Notes under the pieces: model-generated | Told to the model about the DNA's origin: nothing | Seen by the model: the letters and a program-made list of their open reading frames with translations, nothing else | The model's database searches: none | Shown here: one piece after another, positions 52,730 through 64,000 of the stretch | Layout of the letters: the number at the start of each line of letters is the position of its first letter | Numbering within the stretch: the stretch's first letter is position 1 | Program-made: the position numbers and the translations under genes | Origin: Tubulanus polymorphus | Taxonomy: Eukaryota > Animalia > Nemertea | Length of the DNA: 64,000 nucleotides | Direction: 5' to 3' | Assembly (NCBI RefSeq): GCF_964204645.1 | Contig: NC_134028.1 | Location: 12,757,263-12,821,262, forward strand

Positions 52730-53056
52730 ATGGGAGATAGAAAAGCATTCTTAGCAACAATAAATAACAGAATTAAACCAGCAAAAAAACAATTTGAAAT
52801 AAAAAAGTTAGTTGATGTTACAAAAGAAATTGAACATAAAATGTTGAAATTAGAAAAGATAAAAACTAAATATGGAGAGAAAGTATCAGCGAATTTAAGC
52901 TTCTGTAATGTTAGTACATCGCGATAATTTAAAGTGTTTTTACCTGATAAATGGGTTTCATTGAGTACAGAGGAATTAAAAGATTTAGAAGGATTTAAAA
53001 TAATCTATCATGGGAAAAATGAAGACGGTCATCATGATTTAGAAATTGTTGATTAA
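52730..53056 (+). pseudogene. Near-identical copy of 6729..7055 with premature stop at 52925
   Basis: Same 327-nt length; GAA->TAA. Confidence 0.85.
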
Positions 53057-54076
53057 ATAAGAAATAAAAATAATGAATATCTAGAATCCAAAATGACCTT
53101 AGTCGTTTTATAAACAACTACAATCATACAGTCAAACATCTGTTACATGTTATTATAAGAGAGTGCTTCATTTGAATATTGATCAATCAAACTGGTGTTG
53201 CACAACGTTGTTGTTATATTGGATAGCTAGCAGTTATATAATAAGCACGCAGTACATACAACACACACAGGACAGGAGGATAGTCATTCTCTCGTGATTA
53301 AAAGGAATATTTCAATGTTTTTGCGGTAAGTTTTAGCAAAACCACCCGACTTGACTCGCAGAGTTTTTAGGGGATAAGCATCCCGTTATTGAGAGGCGCC
53401 AAGAGATACCTATCCCCAAGCATTTCTACTTACACCCCTGTGACCCACACCTCGCCAATTCTCCTTCAATGGTTGACAGGAAACACATTATATTAAAGGC
53501 GCCTAATGCATTTCCTATCAACCCCTTACCCCCGAAAGGAGGATCGGAAGTCGAAACTGAAGAAGAACCACCGAGACAAAGGTGCATTTTCGAAATGCCC
53601 CTGCAAGCCAAGCCCGGCGGCACTCCAGTGGTTGAATGAATTGCCTTATATACTTAGCTAAAACACCTAAGTAAATGTTGCTGGTGCTAAAAAAATATGT
53701 GAAATTTGAAATTATAAATTATTCCGAATGACAAGAATATAAGAATGAAAACTGATAAATGAATTATGGATTTTTAACTTAATTATGATATAATATTTAA
53801 TCAAATTAGTAATCAATTACTATGTTAATTGATTAACAAATTCAAATTCAAATATTCATTTTAGCATCACACCCAGTGCTGCCATCTTTCAATTTAAGAA
53901 AAAACTAATGATAAGAAACGACTGTAATACAATATTCAAGTAAAAACAAAATAAATTAATAAAAATAATGAATATCTAGAATCCGAAATGACTTATCTGG
54001 ACAATTTAATTGCTCCGCATAGATAGACAAAAGTAGTGAGATATTCAATTATTTTTTTTGCTTTTTTTCTAAAATA

Positions 54077-54428
54077 TTAATCCATTTTTTTTATTGTCAA
54101 TTTTGGAATTTCAGAAGTATTTTCATTTTTGATAGCAGTTGTTTCAGAATTTTATTTGATTTCTTATACCAATTACACCCAATCAAAATGAATACAATTA
54201 CAAAACCAACTGTAAAATATATATATTTATCAAATATTCTATCATTTGAAGGAGTAGAAATAACAATATTTTCACTATTTTTATTAACATTTTTATTACT
54301 TATTTTTTCTTTTACAGCTTTTTATATTCTTGTGATTTAATTCCTAATTGCCGAGACCATTCAATTTGTTTCTGTGATCTCGGTTTTTTCTTCACAGTTA
54401 ATTCCTTCACTTCTTCCACCTCGCTCAT
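54077..54428 (-). pseudogene. Basic/TM protein homolog of 19505..19873, disrupted
   Basis: KKKPRSQKQIEWSRQLG readable from the ATG at 54428. Confidence 0.65.
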
Positions 54429-54966
54429 TTATTATAGAAATATTTTTACTTTCAATATTTGAAAATGTTATAACCCCAGTTGATAATAATGTCATAAATC
54501 CGCCTAATTGAAATGATAAATATCCAATCCATTTATTTAATTCAGTCATAACTAAATAGTCATTTTTTAAATCGGAATATAATCTATTTTCATCTTCAAT
54601 TGGTAGTATGTAATTACATAATTTACTATAACCTTTTACTACATTTTCTGATATCGCGTCATTAATTCTAGCTGTTCTCGCGGCTTCATAAATCTTAAAT
54701 AATCTAATAATTTCATCTGATTTCATTTTATCTAATTCATTATAAGTTAAATTTTTACCGACAAAATTTTTACATTTTCCAGATGCTATTAATATTTCTA
54801 ATTGATGTTTACAGTAAAGATAATGTTCATAATTATTATTTGTTGTAACATTATTTAAAGCACCATCATCTGGAATTAATTTGTTTTCTGTTATTCCTAA
54901 ATCATCTAAAGTTTTTTCAATTGGAACATCACCATTTTTAGATTTTATTTTCTTTTCACCTACCAT
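54361..54966 (-). CDS. Conserved hypothetical protein
   Basis: 201 aa; homolog of 18910..19512. Confidence 0.78.
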   Translation of the reverse strand: MVGEKKIKSKNGDVPIEKTLDDLGITENKLIPDDGALNNVTTNNNYEHYLYCKHQLEILIASGKCKNFVGKNLTYNELDKMKSDEIIRLFKIYEAARTARINDAISENVVKGYSKLCNYILPIEDENRLYSDLKNDYLVMTELNKWIGYLSFQLGGFMTLLSTGVITFSNIESKNISIINERGGRSEGINCEEKTEITETN

Positions 54967-54997
54967 TTATATAACAAAAAAATTAGTTGTGATGTTG

Positions 54998-55269
54998 CAA
55001 CTAGAATTCAACTAGAATGTAACTAGAATTCAACTAGATTAACAAGCTAGTTGAAATATTGTTGTTTTTGTTTATTTCTTGTTAAATCTAGTTGATTTTT
55101 GTTTCAACTACTAACAACTAGAATTCAACTAGAATGTAACTAGAATTAAACTAGATTAACAAGCTAGTTAAAATATTGTTAAATCTAGTTGATTTTTGGT
55201 ACAACTACCAATAACTAGAATTCAACTAGAATGTAACTAGAATTCAACTAGATTAACAAGCTAGTTGAA
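54998..55269. repeat. AACTAGAAT(TC/GT) 11-bp array in three higher-order units
   Basis: CAACTAGAATTCAACTAGAATGTAACTAGAATTCAACTAGATTAACAAGCTAGTT repeated three times. Confidence 0.92.
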
Positions 55270-55286
55270 TTTAAATAAATTCATAT

Positions 55287-55880
55287 TTAAATGGGTGTTG
55301 TAATCTTAAATAGTAATTTTGATTTTTTAATATTTTTCAACTTATCCATATATTCATTATGTAAATCATGTGGAATAATATCATTTTCCTCAAGTGCATT
55401 TTTCATCGATTTTCTATCTTTATTGTAGAATAAAACTAGAAATCTAATGTTTTCTCTAAAGTCTTTAACAATTGAATTATATTTTTGATTTAAAACCCAA
55501 GTTGTTATCCCAAAATGTCTCCCAGAGAAAGCTAGATAACATAACTCACTTTCTCTAACTTTTGAATCATGTAAATTTGCGCAATCATCTATGATAAATA
55601 ATGTATTTGATCCTTTATAAATATCAATTGCTATTTTTATACAATTATCTAAATTTTCTTTTACTGTTTTAGGATCTAATATAATAAATTTATTATTTCT
55701 AGTAATATTTCTATCATAAGTTTGATTAAATTCATATGTTGGACAAAATAATACTATATTATCAAAATAGTTTTCATAAACAGTTTCTAATAAATTTAAT
55801 ATAAAATAAGTTTTTCCACAATTTGTTACGCCAGAAATTAACATATTATGAGGCTCAAATATAAATAATTCCTTATTCAT
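55287..55880 (-). CDS. A32/FtsK-like packaging ATPase (probable late frameshift)
   Basis: GVTNCGKT, IIDD, GRH, Q.Y....K..REN motifs. Confidence 0.9.
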   Translation of the reverse strand: MNKELFIFEPHNMLISGVTNCGKTYFILNLLETVYENYFDNIVLFCPTYEFNQTYDRNITRNNKFIILDPKTVKENLDNCIKIAIDIYKGSNTLFIIDDCANLHDSKVRESELCYLAFSGRHFGITTWVLNQKYNSIVKDFRENIRFLVLFYNKDRKSMKNALEENDIIPHDLHNEYMDKLKNIKKSKLLFKITTPI

Positions 55881-57005
55881 TTATATATTTTGAATTTTAC
55901 TTGATAATATCCATTCATTAAATTTATCTGGCCATCCAACCCATTTTACTAAAGAATATTTTTTTCTATTAATAGTTTTTGTTTTTAATACTTTTTCAAT
56001 TTTATATTCTTGTTCTAGATTTTCAGTAGTTAAACTTAATTCTTCTTCGTAAAAGTAGCCATCAACTTCTTCACCATCTAAATCTTCTAATTTATAGACA
56101 TATGGTTTTGTTGTTATTACCTTTTTTATTTTATATATTTCCCTAGTAAAATTACGATCGTATCCTTTCTCAAATATCTTTTTATACTTAGAAATTTTAA
56201 CATTTTGACCAACTTTGAATTTAGGTTCACCAAAATCATCTACAAGAAATGCACCATATAAATTATTCCAAACAATTTCAGCATTTTCAGGTTTTCTAGC
56301 ATCAATAGGTTTCATTCCAATAGAAGAATAAGAATTATTATATCCTTCTATCAATTTTGGTAAAACATCAATCCATTTAAAAGTATTATTTGCTGTAAAA
56401 TATTTCCACATTCTTGTTCTTAATGTTCTATTAAATCGTTCAACCACTGCCGCTTTTTTATCCGATTTTGTTGAAAAATATTTAATATTATGATTATCTA
56501 AGAGTTCATGAACTAGTGAATTATCAAACTCTTTTCCATCATCAAATTGTATTTTTTCTGGTTTTAGTTTATCATCCGAAAGAAATTTTCTTAAAACATT
56601 TGATGTTTGTACAGCATCTTTTCTATAAAGTGGGAAACTCCATACATAACGACTAAAAATATCAATTATATTCAATAACCACCAATAATCATCATTATCT
56701 TTCTTAACATTTTTCATATCAATTAAATCTCCTTGCCACTGTTGATCTACATAACTTACCCTAGTTTTACGAGTTTTATATTTTCTAACAATTTTTTTAT
56801 GTGTTGTGTATGTTGGTTGTTCTAACATAAATTCATATATATCTTTATATTTTACTAAATTTTGTGGGATTATCTTATCTAATTTATCTTGTTTTACTTG
56901 ACACCATATATTTTTAGTAGAAGAATAAGCAAACGAACTCTCAGGGTTGTAATATAAATTTCTTAAATATTGTTCTTTAGTATTAGGAGTTTTTTTACCA
57001 CCCAT
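55881..57005 (-). CDS. rve integrase with chromodomain, open
   Basis: QWQGDL, QFDDGKEF, VERFNRT, YKIEKVL..LVKWVGWPDKFNEWI. Confidence 0.93.
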   Translation of the reverse strand: MGGKKTPNTKEQYLRNLYYNPESSFAYSSTKNIWCQVKQDKLDKIIPQNLVKYKDIYEFMLEQPTYTTHKKIVRKYKTRKTRVSYVDQQWQGDLIDMKNVKKDNDDYWWLLNIIDIFSRYVWSFPLYRKDAVQTSNVLRKFLSDDKLKPEKIQFDDGKEFDNSLVHELLDNHNIKYFSTKSDKKAAVVERFNRTLRTRMWKYFTANNTFKWIDVLPKLIEGYNNSYSSIGMKPIDARKPENAEIVWNNLYGAFLVDDFGEPKFKVGQNVKISKYKKIFEKGYDRNFTREIYKIKKVITTKPYVYKLEDLDGEEVDGYFYEEELSLTTENLEQEYKIEKVLKTKTINRKKYSLVKWVGWPDKFNEWILSSKIQNI

Positions 57006-57035
57006 TTATATATCCTTAATTTTAACTTTATATTT

Positions 57036-58264
57036 CTAATATTGAATACTATCTAATTGTGAATTTACAATATTTATTTGTGCGTCAGATATAATATAAA
57101 TGTGCATTTTGAAATTTAAGCTTCCTTTTTTCTTTTTCATAAATAATTGTATTCCATCTTTAGTGTTCTGTAGTTTTTTCCCAGAACCCTGTAATGAATT
57201 ATCCTCTGTTGTTCTAAAATCTAACCATAATGCATATTTATTGCCGGTATAATAATCAATTTGATTAATATTACAATTTTCAAATGATTTTACTTTTTCA
57301 TTCATAAAATGTTTTCTAATTTCTGGCCACTGATCAATCATTCTCATTCCTTGACAAAATATTTTATTTGCTATTCCTTCGATAGTTATTTCAACTTTTA
57401 TTTCAGGATTATAATAATTATCTACCTTTATTGCGCCATTAGAATATGTTGCAATGGTAATAAATATTAATATACCTTTAATAGATCTTCTTGGGAAGTT
57501 AATATTCTCATTAATTATTTCATCATTTGCATTAATAGTTACAGTTTTAAATTTATCAATATAATCATATAATAATGAAAATCCTTGATTGTATTGAGTT
57601 TGAATTGTGCTAGCAATATTTTCATTAGTTACTGTGTCATATTCTAAACATATATTCGATAATTTATATCCCATATCTTTAACAACGCTAGATAATACAA
57701 TTTCATTTACAGGAGCAAATGTTATCTCAAATATAATATCTTCTTGAATTACATATTTATATAAAGGTGCATTATTATTTATCAATTCAAAGTCTAATGG
57801 AATTTTATATTTGCTTCCATAAATCTTTTTTATCAAATTATCTGTGGCACGAGTTACTATTGCGTCATTAGCTCCTGATCTTGATTTATTATGGTTTTCT
57901 GATTGGATGCCTTGAAATATCATATTATTTCTTTTTTCTTTAGTTAACCATTAATCTTTATAATATAATGCATAAATAAATTATAATCATCTAATGAGAA
58001 AACAGTTTCCGGACCAATCTTTATAGTTAATTTTTTAATCAAATATCTCCCAACATTATCAACAACATAATTATTATCATGACCAATTACTTTTATATCA
58101 GCTGATAAATAAATACTATCGAGGAATCGAGGAATTCTAACATATAAAGTTTCATCAGGATTAATATTAGAAGGATTATGAGTAATTATATGATGAGATC
58201 TTTCTGCTTTAATAGCATTAGATATTCTAGAAATCTTAGAAGGACTTATATAACTCCCACTCAC
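57036..58264 (-). pseudogene. Major capsid protein (ATG->GTG, small deletion, frameshift near 57960)
   Basis: Near-identical to the E1 and E2 MCPs. Confidence 0.82.
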
Positions 58265-58304
58265 TTATTTAACAAAAAAATTAATTATTTATTTTTAATC
58301 ATGT

Positions 58305-59747
58305 TTACTTGATATTTTTTGATATCATATTTACTAACCCAAAAATAATAGCACTTACAACTGTAATTAAAAATAAAATAATATGTTCAGCAGCAAAGTT
58401 AAGAATATTCCCAGCAGATTTCAATATAAAACCAACAATTGATGCAATAATTCCTGGTAAAGCTGCAGCAGATTTTTTAGATAGTTCCCATAAATATTTT
58501 GCTAATTTCTTTAAACCATCTTTAACTTTATCTTGTATAGAATTATTACCTGGGGGTTTATCTGGTTTATTGGGAGTAGGGGTAGATTTCAAAGCATTTG
58601 ATATTGCTAAACCTATTGTTGTAAATAACATAGTTACAGCTGTTAGAATTGAAAGAATTGTTATTCCTTCTAATTTAAATAATAATTTTATTCTATCTTT
58701 TAATGATATTTCAGAATTTGGTTTAATCAACAAATCTTTAAAAATAACTTTTAATCTATTAATATTATAATCATATGATTTTAATAATAATTTAATTTCT
58801 TCTTTCTGTACTTCTAAATTATCTTTTAAATTATTAATTTCTTCTTCTAATCGTAATTCTTTTTGCCTATATTCTATTTCATCAATTACTTGATGGTCTA
58901 AATCAGACTTTAATTGTTCTATTTCTTTATTTTTATCAGTTTATTCTTTTTCTAAATATCTAATTTTAAAATCTCTTATACTTTTATCATGCGCAAATTT
59001 ATCAGCTTTATTTCTTATACTAATAATTTCTCTAATTGCTTTATCAGAAAATATATTTAAATCTTCTAGTTGTTGATCTGTTGCATCAATTAATCCATTC
59101 GGTAAAAGTTTTTCAATTGGAACTTTATTTGATTTAAGTTTACTAGTTTTGGAAGTTATATTCTGTTCAGATGTTGTTTCTGTTTCTGATTTCTTTTTGA
59201 TTATTTCAAATAATTCATTAATTCTTTGTTTAAATACGTCTATATCATTATCAGTTAATTCTTGTTTTATAACACCGGTTATTTCATTATTATTACTAAT
59301 TATTTTAATTCTATCCGGAGGATCTAAATTAATCAAAGTTGATTTTGTTAATATTTTATTTTTATTATTTTTATAAGTGATGTCAATATAATAATCACCT
59401 TTCAAATGATAATTCCATTTACCATTATCTAAAAATTTTAATTGATTTGCTAAAGGTCCAACGTCTTCATCATTTATGTTAAGTTTAGATTTTTCAATTA
59501 CACGTTCTAATTTAGATATTTTGTTTAAATTATCTAAATCTTTTTTTACTAAACCTGGGTCTAAATTTTCAGGATTTAATTGTGATTCTGCATTTTTAAT
59601 ATAATCAGGCATATTTAAATTATTATTATATCCTGGCTCATTACCGTCATTAAAACTTGTTTCACTAAAATCAGGTTGTTGTTCATCAGTTATGCCAGGT
59701 TCATCAAAAGGATCCATTCCAATATCTTCTCCACCTTCTACATCCAT
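58305..59747 (-). pseudogene. Coiled-coil/hydrophobic C-terminus protein with stop at 58941
   Basis: Homolog of 24697..26160. Confidence 0.82.
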
Positions 59748-59763
59748 TTATATAATAAAAAAA

Positions 59764-61073
59764 TTAAAATTTAAAATATAATATTCCTCCTATAACAATT
59801 CCTATACAAGTTAAAGCTAATTTAGTATTTTCATGTAATTTATTATCATTATCAGTTTTAATTATATCATGTTGAATATTATCAGTTTTAATATTTTCTG
59901 TAGTATTGTAATCTTTTATTTTGGAATCATTATTTAATTTAATATTATTAGTTTTAGTTTCTGTTGATTGAATATGTTTTTTATTTTTTTCACCTTCCAT
60001 TAATTTTGGAGCAGTAATAATCTTTTTATTTATATCATTTAATCCAATTGAATTATTTATTGTTGCAGTTTTAATAAGATTATCATAACCAATTATATTT
60101 CCCATCTTTAATACTAAATCATTAGAAATAATTAATAGATTAGGGCCTATACAATAATTTAATCTTACATGAGATTTATCTAAATAATTTTGATATCTTA
60201 CAATGTTTTCTGGAATCGATCTATTTTTATCATTATGAATTGAATCTTCAAATAATACTTTGAATTGTTTCTGCGCATCTAATGAAGTAATATTATTTCC
60301 AACTATTGGTGATCTTGTTTCAACTTGCGCACCTAAAATACATATCAAATAAGTTCTAATTGATTGATTCATTCTTTGTATACCAGGTTTTGTAAATCCT
60401 TCACTATAAGATTCAATAAAATTAGTCCATCCATTATTATTATCAATTCTATAATTATGATAAGCTCCAATTCTATGCATATAATCAATTCTTTTTATTT
60501 CATACTGTTCACCAACGCCATGTAATCTACCATGCGCTCTAAAATCGGAATTGATATTTATATTAAATTCATTACATATTTTATAAAACTTAGATAGATT
60601 AATATTATTATCCAATTCTTTAAAATATTTCGATCCAGGTAAAGGGCATTCTAATTCATTTAATATTATTCTGATTTGAAAATTAGTGTGAAATCTAAAT
60701 ATTGTATGAATGAATTTTAAATCAGAATATTTCAAATTTTTATCTAAGTTATTCAATGTTCATGCCAACTTACACCACAACCAGTTGTTGCACAATGAAC
60801 AGCAAAATTTAATTGATTCTGCCAATATTTCATATTAGATTTTACTTTATATATATTATATTCATCTCAAGTAAAAGTAACTTCATATGTATTAAATATA
60901 TTTTCCATTTTAGAAATAAAATAGTTTGTTTCAGTAACATAAATTTCTAAATTAATCAATGAAGGTAAAACTAAATTTTTATATATTATTATGTTACTAA
61001 AATCTATTGCTGGAGTATTATATTTATAATATTCATGTGATTTATTATATTGGAAAGCTTTTGGAAACCCCAT
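59764..61073 (-). pseudogene. Conserved module protein (MGFPKAF...), disrupted, divergent N-half
   Basis: Homolog of 919..2224. Confidence 0.8.
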
Positions 61074-61089
61074 TTATATAATAAAAAAA

Positions 61090-61524
61090 TTAATAATTAA
61101 CTAATTCTTTTAATAATTTATCTTGTTCTTCAACTGTTATATGACCATTTAAACTTATTATATAATCTAGTGTATTCTTTAATTTATTAATTTCTTTTAT
61201 ATTAGTTTTAATTTTTTCTTGATTACTTTTTATATTTAATTTTGAACTTATACCAGTTAAAACACTTGAACTTAATCCTAATACACCAATTGATATAGCT
61301 AAAGGTGTTAATGGACTGAATATTGCTAGAAATGTTATTACAGAACTAATTGTAACCGAACCACTAATAATAAGATAATATATAATTTTACATTTTAAAT
61401 ATTTTTTCTTTTTTATCTAAAAGTCACATTCAAATTCTAATATTTGTTTTTCTAAATATATTTTTAATTTAGTTTTATTTATATCATGAGGAATAATATC
61501 AATACTATCAACTTTATCTTCCAT
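61090..61524 (-). pseudogene. Two-TM membrane protein with premature TAG
   Basis: 435 nt, collinear with 27512..27946; stop near 61417. Confidence 0.8.
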
Positions 61525-61543
61525 TTATTAAGAAAAAATATTA

Positions 61544-61966
61544 CTAATTAGTAAATTTATATGCTACAAATATAACAATAACTGTTCCACCTAAAATCCA
61601 AATTATTTCATATTTCTGTTGTTCTTTACTTGGGGTATAATAATCTGATAATTTAGGTTTGTATAGATGTAATTTTTCTTTATTGGTTACTGCGTTATAT
61701 AAACTCATGGCATTATCAACTGATTGAAAATCTCTATGTGAAATCTTCTGATCATATAATTCCTTGTTAATATAATCCATATAGTTTTGCCTCTTTTCTC
61801 TATATTCTTCTGCTGCTTTATTATATTTCTCTAATGCTAAGTTATGTCTTTTTTGTTCTGTTAATGAACCATTCTTATCAATATGCTTAAATAAATAACC
61901 ACCACCAGTAAATGCTAAAGCGTTAACAATCGCCGATCCTATAATAGTTATAATTGCAGAAGCCAT
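61544..61966 (-). CDS. Small membrane protein (MASAIITIIG...)
   Basis: Intact 140 aa; three copies. Confidence 0.82.
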   Translation of the reverse strand: MASAIITIIGSAIVNALAFTGGGYLFKHIDKNGSLTEQKRHNLALEKYNKAAEEYREKRQNYMDYINKELYDQKISHRDFQSVDNAMSLYNAVTNKEKLHLYKPKLSDYYTPSKEQQKYEIIWILGGTVIVIFVAYKFTN

Positions 61967-61991
61967 TTATTTAACAAAAAAAATTATGCAT

Positions 61992-62213
61992 TTATATGGG
62001 AGGAATATATTTTTGTTTTTCTAAATAATCAATAGTTAAATTAGATAAAGTAACTGCTAATGTTAATTTTAAAATATCATTTATATCAAATCTATCAACA
62101 TTAACACTTCCCATTTTGAATACTTTTTTTAATACCATTGAATAACCAACAGTTCCAACTGATAGTAATGCGCCATTATATAATCCAGTTATTATCCACT
62201 TATTATCACTCAT
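61992..62213 (-). CDS. Small hydrophobic protein
   Basis: 73 aa; homolog of 28414..28635. Confidence 0.8.
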   Translation of the reverse strand: MSDNKWIITGLYNGALLSVGTVGYSMVLKKVFKMGSVNVDRFDINDILKLTLAVTLSNLTIDYLEKQKYIPPI

Positions 62214-62216
62214 TTA

Positions 62217-62570
62217 TTAATCAAAAAAATTACTATCTTCAAAATATTTAGTTATCTTAGTGATGATTATTTCAACATTTATTTCATTACTAGTTTCATT
62301 TGTATATATTTCAATTATTATTTTTTTAATATCATCGATGATAAAATCTTCATCTAATTCATAAAATCTTAAAGATTCTCTAATTAAATTAGTAATCTTT
62401 TCTACATTAAAAGTTTCTTTATCTATTGTTTTTTCATACTTAAATGTTGTTTCATTAGAAAATGCAATATTTTTGATTTGTGTAATTACATCATTAATGT
62501 TAAATTTCATTTCTTTCTCACGTTTAAAATCAAATCCAAAACATATACTCGGTCCAACAGTTATATTCAT
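62217..62570 (-). CDS. Hypothetical protein
   Basis: 117 aa; homolog of 28636..28992. Confidence 0.78.
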   Translation of the reverse strand: MNITVGPSICFGFDFKREKEMKFNINDVITQIKNIAFSNETTFKYEKTIDKETFNVEKITNLIRESLRFYELDEDFIIDDIKKIIIEIYTNETSNEINVEIIITKITKYFEDSNFFD

Positions 62571-62586
62571 TTATATAATGAAAAAA

Positions 62587-63372
62587 TTACTCTCTACATC
62601 TTATAACTAATTCATATATCACAGGAAAGTTATTCAAATCAATTAAATATCCATTATGATTTCTTATTTCTAATTTAAAATTATTGAAATGTGGAATACA
62701 AGGTTTAAAATCACATTCAGCTAAATTATAATTTATTTGCGTTCCAAATTGTTTAACATTCTTCAATGGTAAAATGTTTAATATACTAGAATTACAAGTT
62801 ATATCTTTAGTTGCTTCAAATGTTTTTGTTGGGTCAATCAAATTGCAATAAATATAAAAATGCGTAAAAGGTATTAAATTTGATATACCGTATATGTTTC
62901 CAACAATATGTTTATCTGGAGGAATTCCTAACAGTTTAGCAAAAGGTTTTTTTACCACGTAAGCATGTCTTCTTATCATAAATAAAACAGGTTTATAATA
63001 CTCATCATCAAACTTTACTTTAATTTTATTAGAGCTCTCACTTTTTATGAATTTAATATTAAATTTAGAATCACTACCTAACATAATCCGAGCTTTTCTA
63101 TTAATTTCTTGCTCTAATGTTTCTAAATTATATAATCCTGGTGTAATCATAAGTTGAAAATTTTTATTTCTAAGTTTATCAAGAATAAAAAAGCTATGTT
63201 CATCAGTTTTATCCGATATATTGTAAAATGAGTTACATAAACTTATATTTACTAATTTTAAATCTACACAATTCTTAAATTCTATATCTAATTGAACTAG
63301 TAAATTATGTGATTTATAATTTGTAAGTTTTCTAGAATCAACAAATATTCTGTATTCTTTTAATTCTACCAT
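62587..63372 (-). CDS. Minor capsid (penton-like) protein, intact
   Basis: 261 aa; PGLYNL, IYCNLI and EIRNHNGYLIDLNNFPV motifs typical of Polinton minor capsids. Confidence 0.75.
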   Translation of the reverse strand: MVELKEYRIFVDSRKLTNYKSHNLLVQLDIEFKNCVDLKLVNISLCNSFYNISDKTDEHSFFILDKLRNKNFQLMITPGLYNLETLEQEINRKARIMLGSDSKFNIKFIKSESSNKIKVKFDDEYYKPVLFMIRRHAYVVKKPFAKLLGIPPDKHIVGNIYGISNLIPFTHFYIYCNLIDPTKTFEATKDITCNSSILNILPLKNVKQFGTQINYNLAECDFKPCIPHFNNFKLEIRNHNGYLIDLNNFPVIYELVIRCRE

Positions 63373-63440
63373 TATTTATAACATAAAAAAATTACCGCTC
63401 ATCACTAAAAATTAATTTTAATAAAATTTTCCCTTAATAA

Positions 63441-63935
63441 ATGGATGAGAAGATACCATGTGAAATTTGTGGTGAACTTCTAAGAAAAAGTAATATGGCT
63501 TGACATATGAAAAAACATGATGTAAATTATAAACCCCCTAAACTAAACTGTCCAAAATGTAATAAATTATTCTCAAGAAATTATGTTAAAAAACATTCAG
63601 AGAAGTGTAAAATTAATGGCGCAACGGCTAATGTTGATAGTAATGAAAGTAATAGTAATTCTGCTGAAGTTGAACCTGAAGTTATTTGGAAAAGACCTTT
63701 CTTATTCTATGATAAGGATAATATAAAAGATCATTTCTGTGAGCCTTGTCGAATGAAATATAACCCTGAAAATATAGAAGATTGGGAGAATCATCAATTT
63801 CGTAAAGCACATATAGATAAAATTTCTAATAAATTTGAAACTGAATTCAATGAAAGAAAAAATAATTTATTAGAAAAAATAAAATATGAGAAAACGTTAC
63901 CAGATAATAAAGAAACAGTTAGAAAAACAATATAA
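63441..63935 (+). pseudogene. Zinc-finger protein divergent from the penton gene; in-frame TGA at 63501
   Basis: CEIC..H...H, CPKC..H...C and CEPC..H....H; TAAATG start at 63441. Confidence 0.65.
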
Positions 63936-64000
63936 TGAATTAACAAGAAAAACATATTATTAGGCCAGCCGTAGGCTGAGCCTATTACTTTACAAATGGA

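Larger units (their letters stand above)
52631..63960 (-). mobile_element. Polinton/Maverick-like endogenous virus, copy E3 (partial; left end tentative)
   Basis: Penton, membrane genes, MCP, integrase and ATPase on the minus strand; AGTAAT-initiated motif at 52631. Confidence 0.9.

Noticed and set aside
54998-55269. CRISPR-like array
   Set aside because: No unique spacers, inter-block sequences are themselves related, no cas genes, eukaryotic context

Overview
AT-rich eukaryotic (animal, probably marine invertebrate; inferred) repeat-dense region with no recognisable host gene. It holds three related, decaying endogenous Polinton/Maverick (adintovirus-like) elements. E1 (<1..~7070, +) is partial and chimeric. 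E2 (~16585..34189) is near-complete, with ~360-bp terminal inverted repeats, protein-primed PolB, rve integrase with chromodomain, A32/FtsK-like ATPase, major and minor capsid genes, an HNH nuclease and many membrane proteins, but no visible protease. E3 (~52631..>63960) has a different gene order. Between them lie a truncated Gypsy LTR retrotransposon (PNMA-like Gag, tRNA-Pro PBS), a BEL/Pao integrase fragment, Kolobok-like and Harbinger-like non-autonomous elements, Helentron(HINE)-like repeats and a (TA)n tract. The most notable signals are a T-tract+ATAAATG motif before nearly every viral ORF, hairpin-capped TIRs carrying an outward-pointing conserved motif, candidate origin-like repeat regions, and modular or cassette-like variation between the three copies. 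All family assignments come from motif recognition by eye, not database searches.
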